DNA of 64,000 nucleotides from Thecamonas trahens ATCC 50062 (Eukaryota; Protista; Apusomonadida). Of the stretch, positions 9,101-17,909 are shown piece by piece. The translations under genes were made by a program, and so were the position numbers. A model generated the notes under the pieces. That model did no database searches. It had not been told where the DNA came from and saw only the letters and a program-made list of their open reading frames with translations. Numbering within the stretch: the first letter of the stretch is position 1; every line of letters starts with the position of its first letter. The DNA lies in assembly GCF_000142905.1 (NCBI RefSeq), contig NW_013657671.1, forward strand, positions 124,001 to 188,000, in the 5' to 3' direction.

Positions 9101-10745
9101 GGCCCGAAATCTCGGCGTCAGACGCGTCGAGCGTCGCCTCGTAGCCACGCACTGACTCGAGGTCGTTCCCGCCAAACGTCGTGTCCGAGAGCGCAATCTT
9201 CGAGCTGTGGCAGAACTTCATGTATGCCTTGGCCTTCTCGGCAAACTCCTTCCGCTTGGCGTCCTTCAGCTCCTCGCGCTCCACGCACTCCCACAGGTAG
9301 TCAGACTTGGCCTTGGCAAGGCCCTTCTGCTCCTCCGCCGCCGCGTTGAGCGCGTCCACCCGCGCCTGCACCGCGTCAGACTCGGCGTAGTTGAGCGCCA
9401 CAATCTCCGCGCCGAGGTCGTTGACAACCTGCAGCCGCGGCACGGCCTTCTTGGCTTCACCCTCGTACGCATCGTAGATCTTGAGCGCAGAACGCGCCGC
9501 AGCCATCGTGTCAATGTCCTCGCGCAGGTTGAGGTAGTTGGCCTTCTCGTCGTTCCACTTCTCGAGTGCAGCCGCCTTGCGGTTGAACCGGCCCACGAGG
9601 TTGGCCACCTTCTCCAGCCGCGCCTTCTCGGCACGGAGCGCCGCCAGCCGGAGCCGCTCAGCCTCCTCGAGCGCGTCCCACAGCTCCTGCAGCTTCTCGG
9701 GCGTGTTGCCGTCCTCGGGCACCCATGCAGGCCGGTTCGCCTGCTTGAGCTTGAGCGCAAGGCTCTGCATCAGCGCCTCGAGGTCAAGCTTCTCCGCAGA
9801 CTTGGGCGGCTTCTCGTTGGCCTTGTACTCGCCGAGCTCGTCGAGCTTGGCAATCGCGTCCTCGACCGTCCCATCGCACTCCATCCCGTTAAAGTGGTCC
9901 GTCTTGTCCGAGATCCACTGCGCAAGCGCAGCAGCCCGCGCCGCGTAGTCCTCCTTCAGCGCGTCGTTGGCCCGCGTCAGCTCGATGAGCTTGTTGATCC
10001 GCCGCGCCGCAGTCTCGCCCTTGGAGCCCGCCGCAAAGTACTTGTAGTACTGCGAGACATACGTCATCACAGACCGCTCGTCTGGCTTCTCAGACTCGAC
10101 CATGTCCGCCACGTCGAGGAACCGCGGAATGCCGAGCTGCTCCTCCGCAACAGAGAACGCAAGCTCGAGGTTCTCCGCGTCGTTGCCGGCAGAGAGCGTC
10201 TCGTACGGGATGAGGTTCGGCTTGTGCGCGTGAATGATGGCGCAGAACGCAAGCCCGTTCTTCCACGACCGGTGGAAATTGGTAATGTCCACGTTGTCGT
10301 ACTTTTTCGTCTTCTTCTGGCACCAAAGCAGGAGCGCGTCCTTGGCGTTGAGCTCCTCCTCGGAAATGTCCGCAATGTCGAACTTCTGGATAATCGTCCA
10401 GATCATACCCAGAATGAGCTTCAGGTTGCAGTCCACCACGTCCTCGGCAGAAATCGAGTCCAGCCGACACCGCGTGTTGAGCAGCTCGAGCGCGAGCGAC
10501 ACGTTCTGGATCTTCATGATCCGGAGCTTGCACTTCTTGATCGGCTTGGCAGAGACCTTGTCGCCCGAAAGCACCTCCGCGAGCGTGATCAGCAGGAGTC
10601 CGTTCTCAAAGTCCTTCTCCAGGTCCTCGAGCGTCGCGCCCACCTTGTTCAAGTGCAGCTGCACCCACTTGGTGAACGACTTCTGCTGCATGCGGATCCA
10701 TGTCGTGTCCGCGATCTTCCACCCGGAAGCAGAGGTACCAGCCAT
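6111..10745 (-). CDS. Elongated alpha-actinin/spectrin-family actin cross-linker (CH-CH, ~10 spectrin repeats, C-terminal EF-hands)
   Basis: CH1 (WIRMQQKSFTKWV, LEKDFENGLLLI, AEDVVDCNLKLILGMIWTII) and CH2 (AKDALLLWCQ, NFHRSWKNGLAFCAII, KPDERSVMTYVSQYY). Spectrin repeats follow, then EF-hands (FSHFDKSSKGALTKLEF, DANGNKLIELDEF) and an actinin-type tail (MPEVDGGYDYKTW). The first ATG is 10745; the ORF track starts at a GTG at 10769. Confidence 0.95.
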   Translation of the reverse strand: MAGTSASGWKIADTTWIRMQQKSFTKWVQLHLNKVGATLEDLEKDFENGLLLITLAEVLSGDKVSAKPIKKCKLRIMKIQNVSLALELLNTRCRLDSISAEDVVDCNLKLILGMIWTIIQKFDIADISEEELNAKDALLLWCQKKTKKYDNVDITNFHRSWKNGLAFCAIIHAHKPNLIPYETLSAGNDAENLELAFSVAEEQLGIPRFLDVADMVESEKPDERSVMTYVSQYYKYFAAGSKGETAARRINKLIELTRANDALKEDYAARAAALAQWISDKTDHFNGMECDGTVEDAIAKLDELGEYKANEKPPKSAEKLDLEALMQSLALKLKQANRPAWVPEDGNTPEKLQELWDALEEAERLRLAALRAEKARLEKVANLVGRFNRKAAALEKWNDEKANYLNLREDIDTMAAARSALKIYDAYEGEAKKAVPRLQVVNDLGAEIVALNYAESDAVQARVDALNAAAEEQKGLAKAKSDYLWECVEREELKDAKRKEFAEKAKAYMKFCHSSKIALSDTTFGGNDLESVRGYEATLDASDAEISGQSTEQLEAIQAVAAELAELGVTDNKYTPLTVDDTVAAGASVDAAIEARREAYAAELERQEAMEAKRIEFAEAAQAFVDYLGAQRTTVDAAEGEPDAVAEAVKAEYAAGEPAEAELAKVAAIDAEARALRITSNPHTTLTLAQLRGKLGHHKVYVRNYLYELEEEERLKKDYTSRAEELVAWIDETTPKLEVEVVSGGSLDDARAGVAEFNAYRTGEKGAKAGLKTEIEALASQLDTILSASEHNRPPFAPPAEFSLETIGSKWAALVAAEEARGTALMAELDRQEQIASLVRQFDGDATEVLGWIDRKEEYLGAEAATGSVTAAQVQLVVLDAFNKDYEKKAAAKDKLLDVAAKLAELEYAEVEAVNDKAQEASERFEALAGMAAEKQETLQAALESEQAKEAARVAFAKGASDYIRWVRDMLDTVTTHEFGSNLEEVEAYAAALDADDEQVSGSNDSKRDEVLAAAAKLEELGTTATTNVTVDDIANEHASLVEAIAARRTALEAELERQNQIEAKCVEFGEAAQAFVEWADAQTKAVDEVDDEDIDARIAATEALYADGAPLAEAFAPVEALDAEVSALGVTGNKHTEYSMSQLEKKKALYTTIVNSSIENLKDEKALAERAAAQAAESAEKERLETLRIDYVSAAQAVNVWLDNLEEAVSEELSELETIEAVAEQQTEFDAAVADREAQEAAYAKCQELAAQLTEAGQDDFGGFPVAEVQAKWEAATGKIDERAEALAAAKSKQEGDQKLRDAFDAAATELDGWQSAKMAELNQPPEGELEAQLTAAKAILDECQNAGREKLVAAENAAEALLTAGIRTLSNYNIDGLRVEYDQVVAVAAGKVQDISSSIAAAASSEISPEQIDEFTQVFSHFDKSSKGALTKLEFKGALQALGDEMDDDELEACMSKTDANGNKLIELDEFLAFVSSRTVDHDSLEEIEAAFSQLTNGADVITEAQMLEALPAEEVEFLKTVMPEVDGGYDYKTWASEAFSR

Positions 10746-11688
10746 CTTCTTCTGTACATGTCGCGCCACAACCCCTCCTCACAATCGTGAGTCTTCCCCA
10801 AACACAGCCCACAGGACAGAGGCCACACTCTCGCTTGCCTGCTGCTCCATCTCCATCACAGCATCAAAAATTACGAACAAAGTTCTCGCTGCTCTCGCCA
10901 CAACCCAGGCAGTCGCCGCGACCTCTCGCATTTGGGGAACTTGCGGGGGTGAAAGGGGGCCGTGGGAGCACGATGGACGACCAGGGCCAAGAAAAATAAC
11001 CGCCCATCCCCCTTCCCATCCCCTTGTACTTTGTGGGTGGCCAACTTGACTTGCATGGCTCGCGACCCGGAGAGGCAGGACGGTGGTAAACGGGGGGGGG
11101 GGGGGGGAGGGGAGGGGCCACCGCTTTCAACCGAAATGCAGGCGAGGCCAACGAACACCAAAAAAAACAAACAACCATTCATTGGCCACTACCACCCAAC
11201 GGCCGCTTCGGGGGAAGGAGCAGCGGAGGGGCGGAGGGGGGGGGGGGGGGAGCGTGTGTGTGGGGAACAGCCATTACGACCTCAAGTCGACCTGGCAAGG
11301 AAACAGAGCCAACAACTGCCTCGTGTGTATGTGTTGGAACTTGAGCATGGTCCTACATGCTTGCTATACTCTTCATCGCATCATGCTTGTCGTACCGGTT
11401 CAAAATGAGAGCTGTGGTGCCCGTCGCCTTCTGGTCGGGTGAATGGCGTACTCGCCGCATTCAGCTGTTATTCTCCACCTGCAAAGCACTTTCTTGAGCA
11501 CATGTGTTGCCAAACTGGCCACGTTGGGGCAGGCTGCTTACTCGCTCTTCATTTCGCCGCTATCCACCGAGTTGCCCCACCGCAGTTGAAGATATTGTCG
11601 CAGGGTCACAGTTGCCCTCAGTTGCTCGCCCAGAACGGCCCAGACGCCGGGTCCGAGGCTGAGGCCACCCAACTCGCAACATCAGACC

Positions 11689-13161
11689 ATGGCGAGCGTG
11701 GCTGCATCAGGCAGCTGTCGTGCTCAGGATGTGGCCAGGCGAGTGTTTGAGGCGGCGGTGGCTGCGGCTGACCCGCGGCAGTGCGTTGCTGATGCGCTCA
11801 CAGTTGCCGGCTCTGTGCTCTCGGTGGCTCGCCCACTGGGTGGGAGCGCAAAGGAGGGCGAGGCGACGGCGGTCTCGGTTGATCTGGCCGAGACTGGTGG
11901 CGTGGTGCTGGTGGGCGCAGGCAAGGCGGCCGTGCCGATGGCAGCGGCGGTGGTCGAGGCGCTCGGGCCTGCCCTTGACCACCTCGGCCTTCCGCTCTCG
12001 GGCCACGTGGTGACCAAGACCGGCCACTTTGTGGGTACCTCGTGGGAGGCTGTCTTTGCCGACTCGCCGGTTGCGGTAGTCGAGGCTTCTCATCCGATTC
12101 CGGATGCCGGCTCGGTGGCGGCGGCCGATGCTATTGTGGCTGCGCTCAAGGCTGCGGCGTCGGCCTCGCCGCCGCCGCTGGTCATCAACGTTCTCTCGGG
12201 CGGCGCATCGTCACTGATGGAGTCGCCGGCAGGCCCGCTCAGCCTCGACGACGTACAGGCGACGTACGAGGCGCTCATTGGCTGCGGCGCTTCCATCGAT
12301 GACATCAACGCCGTCCGCAAGCATCTGTCGGCGGTCAAGGGCGGGCGTCTGCTGGAGGCTGCGGCGCCGGCCGCCATCGTCACGCTCGCTCTCTCGGACG
12401 TTGTCGGTGATGCGCTCGACGTCATCGGCTCGGGGCCGACCGAGGAGGACACTACATCGTTTGATGACGCCCGCGCCGTTATCGCCCGTTACAACCTCGC
12501 CAACACCTTGCCGCCGCCGGTGGTCGCTTACCTCGCCGCCGGCTCGCCAGCCAACGACACGCCGTCGCGCGCAAGCCATCCATGCCTCTTTGCCGCCGCC
12601 ACCAATGTTGTTGTCGGCTCAAACGCGCTGGCGCTGGCTGCGGCTGAGCGCACCGCCCGCGAGCTCGGCTTTGGCGTCATCGTCCTCTCGTCGCGGGTCG
12701 AGGGCGAGGCTGCCGGCGTTGCTCCTGTCTACGCCGCCCTTGCGCGGAGCATCGTCGACTCCGCGGCGCCGATCCCGGCGCCGGCGGTCGTCCTCGCCGG
12801 CGGTGAGACGACGGTGACGCTCGGAGCGGCGCCGGGCAAGGGCGGGCGGAACCAGGAGCTCGCGCTTGCCGCCGCCGTCGCCCTCGATGCGCAGCGACCG
12901 AAGCTTGATCCGGCCGCCGCCGCCCGGATCGCCATCCTCGCCGCCGGCACCGACGGCACCGACGGCCCGACCGACGCAGCTGGCGGCCTCGTCTCGTACG
13001 CTACCGTCGCCGCCGGCGACGCCGTCCTCGGGCAAGGCGCTGCCCTCGCCGCCCTCCGCACCCATGACGCCTACCCATTCCTCACCGCCGCAGACGCTCT
13101 TGTGGTCTCGGGCCCGACCGGAACCAACGTCATGGACATCACTGCGGTAGTCGTGGCCTGA
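11689..13161 (+). CDS. GLYCTK: Glycerate kinase (MOFRL/GLYCTK family)
   Basis: Motifs GAGKAA, EASHPIPD, LSGGASSL, INAVRKHLSAVKGG, SDVVGD..IGSGPT, GGETTV, GGRNQE, GTDGTDGPTDAAG and TGTNVMD. Confidence 0.93.
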   Translation: MASVAASGSCRAQDVARRVFEAAVAAADPRQCVADALTVAGSVLSVARPLGGSAKEGEATAVSVDLAETGGVVLVGAGKAAVPMAAAVVEALGPALDHLGLPLSGHVVTKTGHFVGTSWEAVFADSPVAVVEASHPIPDAGSVAAADAIVAALKAAASASPPPLVINVLSGGASSLMESPAGPLSLDDVQATYEALIGCGASIDDINAVRKHLSAVKGGRLLEAAAPAAIVTLALSDVVGDALDVIGSGPTEEDTTSFDDARAVIARYNLANTLPPPVVAYLAAGSPANDTPSRASHPCLFAAATNVVVGSNALALAAAERTARELGFGVIVLSSRVEGEAAGVAPVYAALARSIVDSAAPIPAPAVVLAGGETTVTLGAAPGKGGRNQELALAAAVALDAQRPKLDPAAAARIAILAAGTDGTDGPTDAAGGLVSYATVAAGDAVLGQGAALAALRTHDAYPFLTAADALVVSGPTGTNVMDITAVVVA

Positions 13162-13379
13162 GTGCGCACTTGGAGCAGCCTTGGGTGTGGCGGTAGGGAG
13201 GGGGAAGAGCGTTTTGCGGTCACGATCGCGATCACGATCGCGCCAGGTTTCGCCATTCTCAGGAAAAAGCCGCACGATACAGATACAGGCGCACTCATAC
13301 GGCGTAGCCTTGGCCCTCCCCCCACTCCACTTCCGGAAGCCGTACAGAGTGAGGCTGCGATAGGTGGCGACGGGGCAAC

Positions 13380-13922
13380 ATGACGTTTGATTTGGAGCAG
13401 GTGCTGCACCACCGGGTGGTGCGGACGGGTGAGGCCGAGGGCGAGAGCGCGGTGCCGTCTGCAAGCGAACGGAGCGCGGCCATTGCGGCGGCCGAGGAGG
13501 CGCTGGCGGCGGCCAAGGCAGCGCATGTGCAGGCATTGCGTGATGCCAAGACTGCGCTTGACGCCCACGAGAAGGCTCTGGCCACCGCCGAGGCGGCGCA
13601 GGCGACGCTCGACGAGCTTGGCGCCGGCATTGAGCATCTGGAGAGCCAGCTGGCCGAGGCCACCGAGGCTGCCGCCGCAGCTGCGCCCAAAGTCAAGGCC
13701 ACCGAGGCTGCCGCTGACGCCGCGGCCGACGCTGTCGACGACGCCAATGACGAGCTCGAGCGGGTCACTGCTCTGCCCGTTGGGGTCGTCTACGAGAAGG
13801 ATCTGCCGCGCCCGTACCGGGTCGTTGCCCCGGCCGATCCCATCTCGCACAACACCTGCCGCGACCGCCTCTCGCTCTGGCTCAACGCGCACGGCGTCGT
13901 CATCAAGGCTGAATATGCATGA
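13380..13922 (+). CDS. Hypothetical Ala/Glu-rich coiled-coil protein (180 aa)
   Basis: ATG-initiated ORF with GC3-rich codon usage and a heptad-like central region; no family recognised. Confidence 0.6.
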   Translation: MTFDLEQVLHHRVVRTGEAEGESAVPSASERSAAIAAAEEALAAAKAAHVQALRDAKTALDAHEKALATAEAAQATLDELGAGIEHLESQLAEATEAAAAAAPKVKATEAAADAAADAVDDANDELERVTALPVGVVYEKDLPRPYRVVAPADPISHNTCRDRLSLWLNAHGVVIKAEYA

Positions 13923-14065
13923 ATACGGGCAGGTGTGAGACTTACGGGGAAGAAAGGGAGCGTTTTCGTTCAATGGGCCTGCGCAGCAAGAGCTGCGGCG
14001 AGCGCGGCCACGCAGTGAAGCACGGCGATCGCCACAGCCGGCGTGGTAGCGGCGTCAGCAGGCGG

Positions 14066-14841
14066 CTACGACGCCAGCGCGCGCGTGGCCGAGACAAAGT
14101 CCTGGTAGTGCGAGGCGTAGGCCTCGGCAAGATGCTTAAAGGCGGCATCGACGGCCGAGGCGTCCGGCGCGGCGAGCTCGAAAAACGGATAGCGGAGCGA
14201 CTTGGCGAAGTGCAAGCCGAGATCGGCATCTACAGCACGCAGATCGCTCTTGTCGGCCTTGTTGGCCACCACCATGCCGACTGCCGGCAGCGCGTTGTCG
14301 GCCGAGAGCAACTCGGCCCACTCGCGGATCCACTCAAACGAGTCGATCGAGGTCACGTCGTAGACAAAGATTAGAACGCATGTGGCGTCGACATACTCGC
14401 GCGCAAGCTCGCGGAGATACGGCTGACCAGGCGTGTCGTAGAGGAAGAACTGCACGCTAGCCGACGGCAGCTCCAGCGCCTTCTCCAACGGTGTCTTGAC
14501 CTTGTGCTCCGGCACCTGCCCCGCCACCGGCGAAGCCGGCGTCGACGACGCCCCGCTGCCGTCCTCCAGCACCACCGTCCGCAGCGCGTCCACTCCTGGC
14601 AGCTCCACAGCCGATGTCATCGAGTAGTTGGATGGGAACAGTCCACCGCCCGACTGAAACACTGCCCATACATCGCCCACTGTGAGTGCCCTCCCTCCCG
14701 CCAGCCTCGCACCAGTCGCGCGCCGACCTCCTCTCCCCCCTTCCCCTCTCCCCCGCCCCCGGGGAACATACCCTGCGCAAGCGCGGTCTTGCCCACCCGA
14801 GGACCGCCCACAAGCACACACTTGCACCTCAGCGAAGCCAT
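14066..14841 (-). CDS. IFT27: Intraflagellar transport protein 27 (Rab-like GTPase RABL4); exons 14772-14841 and 14066-14661
   Basis: Spliced product MASLRCKCVLVGGPRVGKTALAQ|VFQSGGGLFPSNYSMT...VQFFLYDTPG...LIFVYDVT...VANKAD...AFKHLAEAYASHYQDFV matches the IFT27 pattern, with no CaaX. Intron 14662-14771 is GTATGT...CAG with consistent phase 1. Confidence 0.88.
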
Positions 14842-15152
14842 TCCTGACAAAGTGTGGTTGAGTTGGGTGTGGAGAAGTCGGGGTTGGGTTCCGGGGTCGG
14901 GGTCGGGTCGAACGTCGGGTCTGCGGTTGGCGCGTGGGGGAGGGGGGGGGGGGGGCGGACGGAGGGGGAGGGATCGACAAACAGTACGTCTGGTTGCAAC
15001 ATCATCATCAACGCCAACAGACTTGCGAGTTTCTTTGATCTGCTCTCTCGCTATTGAGGCAACATCGGTCGGCGATGTTGAGCAGTGCCGCTGGCACTGA
15101 TCGTGATGTCGCGCAAAAGGTACAGCCCACAACGCGACGTCTGACTCTGTCG

Positions 15153-15992
15153 TCACACGCTGGAGTGACTCCGGCTTAGGGCATAGCTGGCTAAATCAAG
15201 GCCATCAACAAAGTCTTGTTGTGCGAGTAGCCAGGCTACGACCTCTTTGCGCCCGTTTGCGGCCGCCAAGGTCAGGCACGCCTGGCGATCGTCGGCCGAG
15301 CACGAGAGCGCCGAAAGCAGCGATTGCACCACGGCGAGACTCCCGAGGCGGCATCCACTCTTTAGCGCGCAGATCAAGCGCTGTCCGGTGAAGCCATCGC
15401 AAACAACATTGCTGCTCACCATCACATGGCACACCACGCTCGTCATGCCGTGATCGGCGGCGGCCTCGACGATGGCTACTTTGTCAACGTAGCTTCCGAC
15501 CGAGTGGAGCCGCACCACTAGATCCAACACAGTCTGCTCCGGTAGACCGCCGACAATGGCGGCAACAACAAGCGGGACCGAGTCAAGACCGTAGTACCTG
15601 TCCTTCAACAGCATCTCGTCCGGAAAGATGCCCAGCCTGCCCCCAGCAGCGGCGACGGCCTCGACCAGCCACCACCACGCCTCGCTCTCCGGCTCGGCGA
15701 CGGCGCTGGCCATCATCGGCTCGACCCACACGGCATCCTCCCAGTACCAGTCGTTGGTGGCAATATCATCGGCCTCGCTTCTCAGCGCCATCCGTGCTCC
15801 ACGCCACAAGCCGTTCGCCACGCAAGCACCGATGCCGAGCAGCGCCGCCGCCCTTGCCCGCGACCAATCATCCCCAAGCAGCGCACACGCTGCCTTCTTG
15901 CATGTCATAGCCCACGCAAGCACATCCTCCGCCGTAAGCACGCCAGTCTCGTACGCCACCACATGAAAGATCTCCTTGGGAAGCGCCTCCAT
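15153..15992 (-). CDS. F-box-like + ankyrin-repeat protein, possibly truncated
   Basis: N-terminus MEALPKEIFHVV...TAEDVLAWAMTCK resembles an F-box. Ankyrin-like units: AAADHGMTSVVCHV, GCRLGSLAVVQSLL, AAANGRKEVVAWLL. Confidence 0.6.
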   Translation of the reverse strand: MEALPKEIFHVVAYETGVLTAEDVLAWAMTCKKAACALLGDDWSRARAAALLGIGACVANGLWRGARMALRSEADDIATNDWYWEDAVWVEPMMASAVAEPESEAWWWLVEAVAAAGGRLGIFPDEMLLKDRYYGLDSVPLVVAAIVGGLPEQTVLDLVVRLHSVGSYVDKVAIVEAAADHGMTSVVCHVMVSSNVVCDGFTGQRLICALKSGCRLGSLAVVQSLLSALSCSADDRQACLTLAAANGRKEVVAWLLAQQDFVDGLDLASYALSRSHSSV

Positions 15993-16331
15993 CCTCGGCG
16001 ATAGCCCCCACAAGCAGAGAGCAGCCACAGAACTCTCAAGACAAGTGTGCTGACCTATGTCTATGCCCCGCCCTCATCAAAGCCACGCATCACATCGGTG
16101 TCATCCCAGACTCCGATCATGATCGACAACCCAGATGTAGATGCGCCATTCAGAAGCGTCTCATTCTCCGCCACAACCCTTGGCCCCCCCTCTCCCCCCA
16201 TCTGGCGCCACCAGCCCGACCGGCTGCGGATCATCCTCGGCTACTCGAGTCAGCTCACCCACCCACCCCGCCACCCACGACACCACTTCCCTACCCTCAT
16301 ACCTCTACCTCAGGACTCACCCATCGAAGCC

Positions 16332-17894
16332 ATGGGCGGTGAGTCACGGAGCTACGGTGGATTGGTGACGCTCTCGATCATCGTCAACTACGTCCTGGGC
16401 GTCGGCCTGCTCGCCTTGCCCTACGTCTTTCGGGTGGCCGGCATTGGACTCGCCGTGGTGGCCATTGTCATCGGTGGCATCTTCACCCACATCACCGCCA
16501 TGCTGGTGGCAGAGGCTGAAGATCTGTCCAAGCGCGCTCTTCGCAACGGTTCGCTCGTCCTTCCAGGATCGGTCTTCTCGTCCCACGTCTGTTCGTCGTC
16601 CCCCGTCCTCACCGAGACCTCGCCCATGCTCCGTCGCACGACGGCTGCTTCTGCTCCGTCGGCGATCGCGGTCAACTCGGGTGATGTGGAGGTCCTGTCG
16701 GCCACAGCTGGTGCCGCGCCGCGCCTAGATCCGCCGCTCGAGGTTGTTGACATGGTTCATCTCTACTACGGGCCGCGGGTCCGGGTCGCGTACATCATCG
16801 GGCTTGGGACGTATCTCGTCGGCGGGCTCTGGGCGTACACCGCCATCTTTGCGGTGGCTCTCGGCGCGGCCTTTCCGCTCAAGTTTGCGGTGGCGCCCGA
16901 GCATCGCGCAGGACTGACCTGCGATGCTCATGCTGGCTTTGAATCGGATTGTGAGCTTGTGTATCTGGTGTACATTGCCGTCTTTGCCGCCATCGTCATT
17001 CCGCTCTCGTTTGTGGATGCCGCGTCGCAGTGGCTCGTCCAGATTGTCCTCACTGTGGCGCGGTACGTGACCATCGCCATGATGATGATCATTCCGGTTG
17101 CGGCTCTGTATACCGACTCGGTTGACGCCGCGCCCGGCGCACCTGCACACCCGCCACACATCGCACCGGGCGCCGACGACCTATTCCGCTGGACCGGGAC
17201 CGGCCTGGCGCTCCTCACCGGCCTCTACTCGCTCGTCTTCCAGCACTCGGTCCCCGGCATCCTCGCGCCGCACCGCAACAAGGCCTCGATCCCGCTTGTC
17301 CTCGCCCTCTCTATCGCCTCGATCAGCATCCTGTACATCGGCCTCGGCATCGCGTCGGCGTTGTACTTTGGCGAGTCGACCCAGCCGTCGATCAACGTCA
17401 ACTACTCGACCTTTCGCTACGGCCGTGCAGATGGGACCAATGTCCCGCTGTGGGGCAAGATCTGTAACGACATCATTGTTCTCTTTCCGGGCATCTCCTC
17501 CATCTCGACCTACCCGCTAATCGCGCTCACCCTTGCTAACTCGGCGCTTGTTACTCTTCCGCTCTCGATCACCGGCGCGCCCGGGTCTGCCAAGCGCGCT
17601 CGCGCCACCTGGGTCACCCGCGCCGCAGTCGCCATTCCTCCGGTCGTGGGCGCGGTCTTTGTCCGTAACCTCACCACCATTCTCTCGTACGCCGCCATCC
17701 TCGCCATTGCCATTGGCCTGGTCATGCCTGCTGGCATCTGGCTCGGCGCCGTCCGCCATGCCGCCGCCCACGGCATTGACCGCGTCGCGCCGTACGCCTC
17801 TGTCTTTACCTCGCGCATCACGGCTGGAACGTCGCTCGCGTTTGGTGTCGCCTGCCTCGCTGCCTTTGTCGTCGGCCTTGTTGCAAAGAGCTAG
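16332..17894 (+). CDS. Amino acid transporter of the Aa_trans/SLC38 family, TMEM104-like
   Basis: IVNYVLGVGLLALPYVFRVAG, LEVVDMVHLYYG, YLVGGLWAY, YSLVFQHSVPGI, LFPGISSISTYPLIALTLANS; about 11 hydrophobic helices. Confidence 0.85.
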   Translation: MGGESRSYGGLVTLSIIVNYVLGVGLLALPYVFRVAGIGLAVVAIVIGGIFTHITAMLVAEAEDLSKRALRNGSLVLPGSVFSSHVCSSSPVLTETSPMLRRTTAASAPSAIAVNSGDVEVLSATAGAAPRLDPPLEVVDMVHLYYGPRVRVAYIIGLGTYLVGGLWAYTAIFAVALGAAFPLKFAVAPEHRAGLTCDAHAGFESDCELVYLVYIAVFAAIVIPLSFVDAASQWLVQIVLTVARYVTIAMMMIIPVAALYTDSVDAAPGAPAHPPHIAPGADDLFRWTGTGLALLTGLYSLVFQHSVPGILAPHRNKASIPLVLALSIASISILYIGLGIASALYFGESTQPSINVNYSTFRYGRADGTNVPLWGKICNDIIVLFPGISSISTYPLIALTLANSALVTLPLSITGAPGSAKRARATWVTRAAVAIPPVVGAVFVRNLTTILSYAAILAIAIGLVMPAGIWLGAVRHAAAHGIDRVAPYASVFTSRITAGTSLAFGVACLAAFVVGLVAKS

Positions 17895-17909
17895 CCGAGA
17901 GCAGCCTGC

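Noticed and set aside
10770-11688. Possible ncRNA or small gene in the longer, lower-GC intergenic region
   Set aside because: No recognisable tRNA, snRNA or snoRNA motif or convincing ORF was seen; an Infernal/Rfam scan would be needed.
14617-15156. Possible fusion of the F-box/ankyrin gene to IFT27, since an open frame runs from 15156 into IFT27 exon 1
   Set aside because: It needs a frameshift, crosses a poly-C promoter-like tract, and IFT27 has its own well-placed ATG at 14841.
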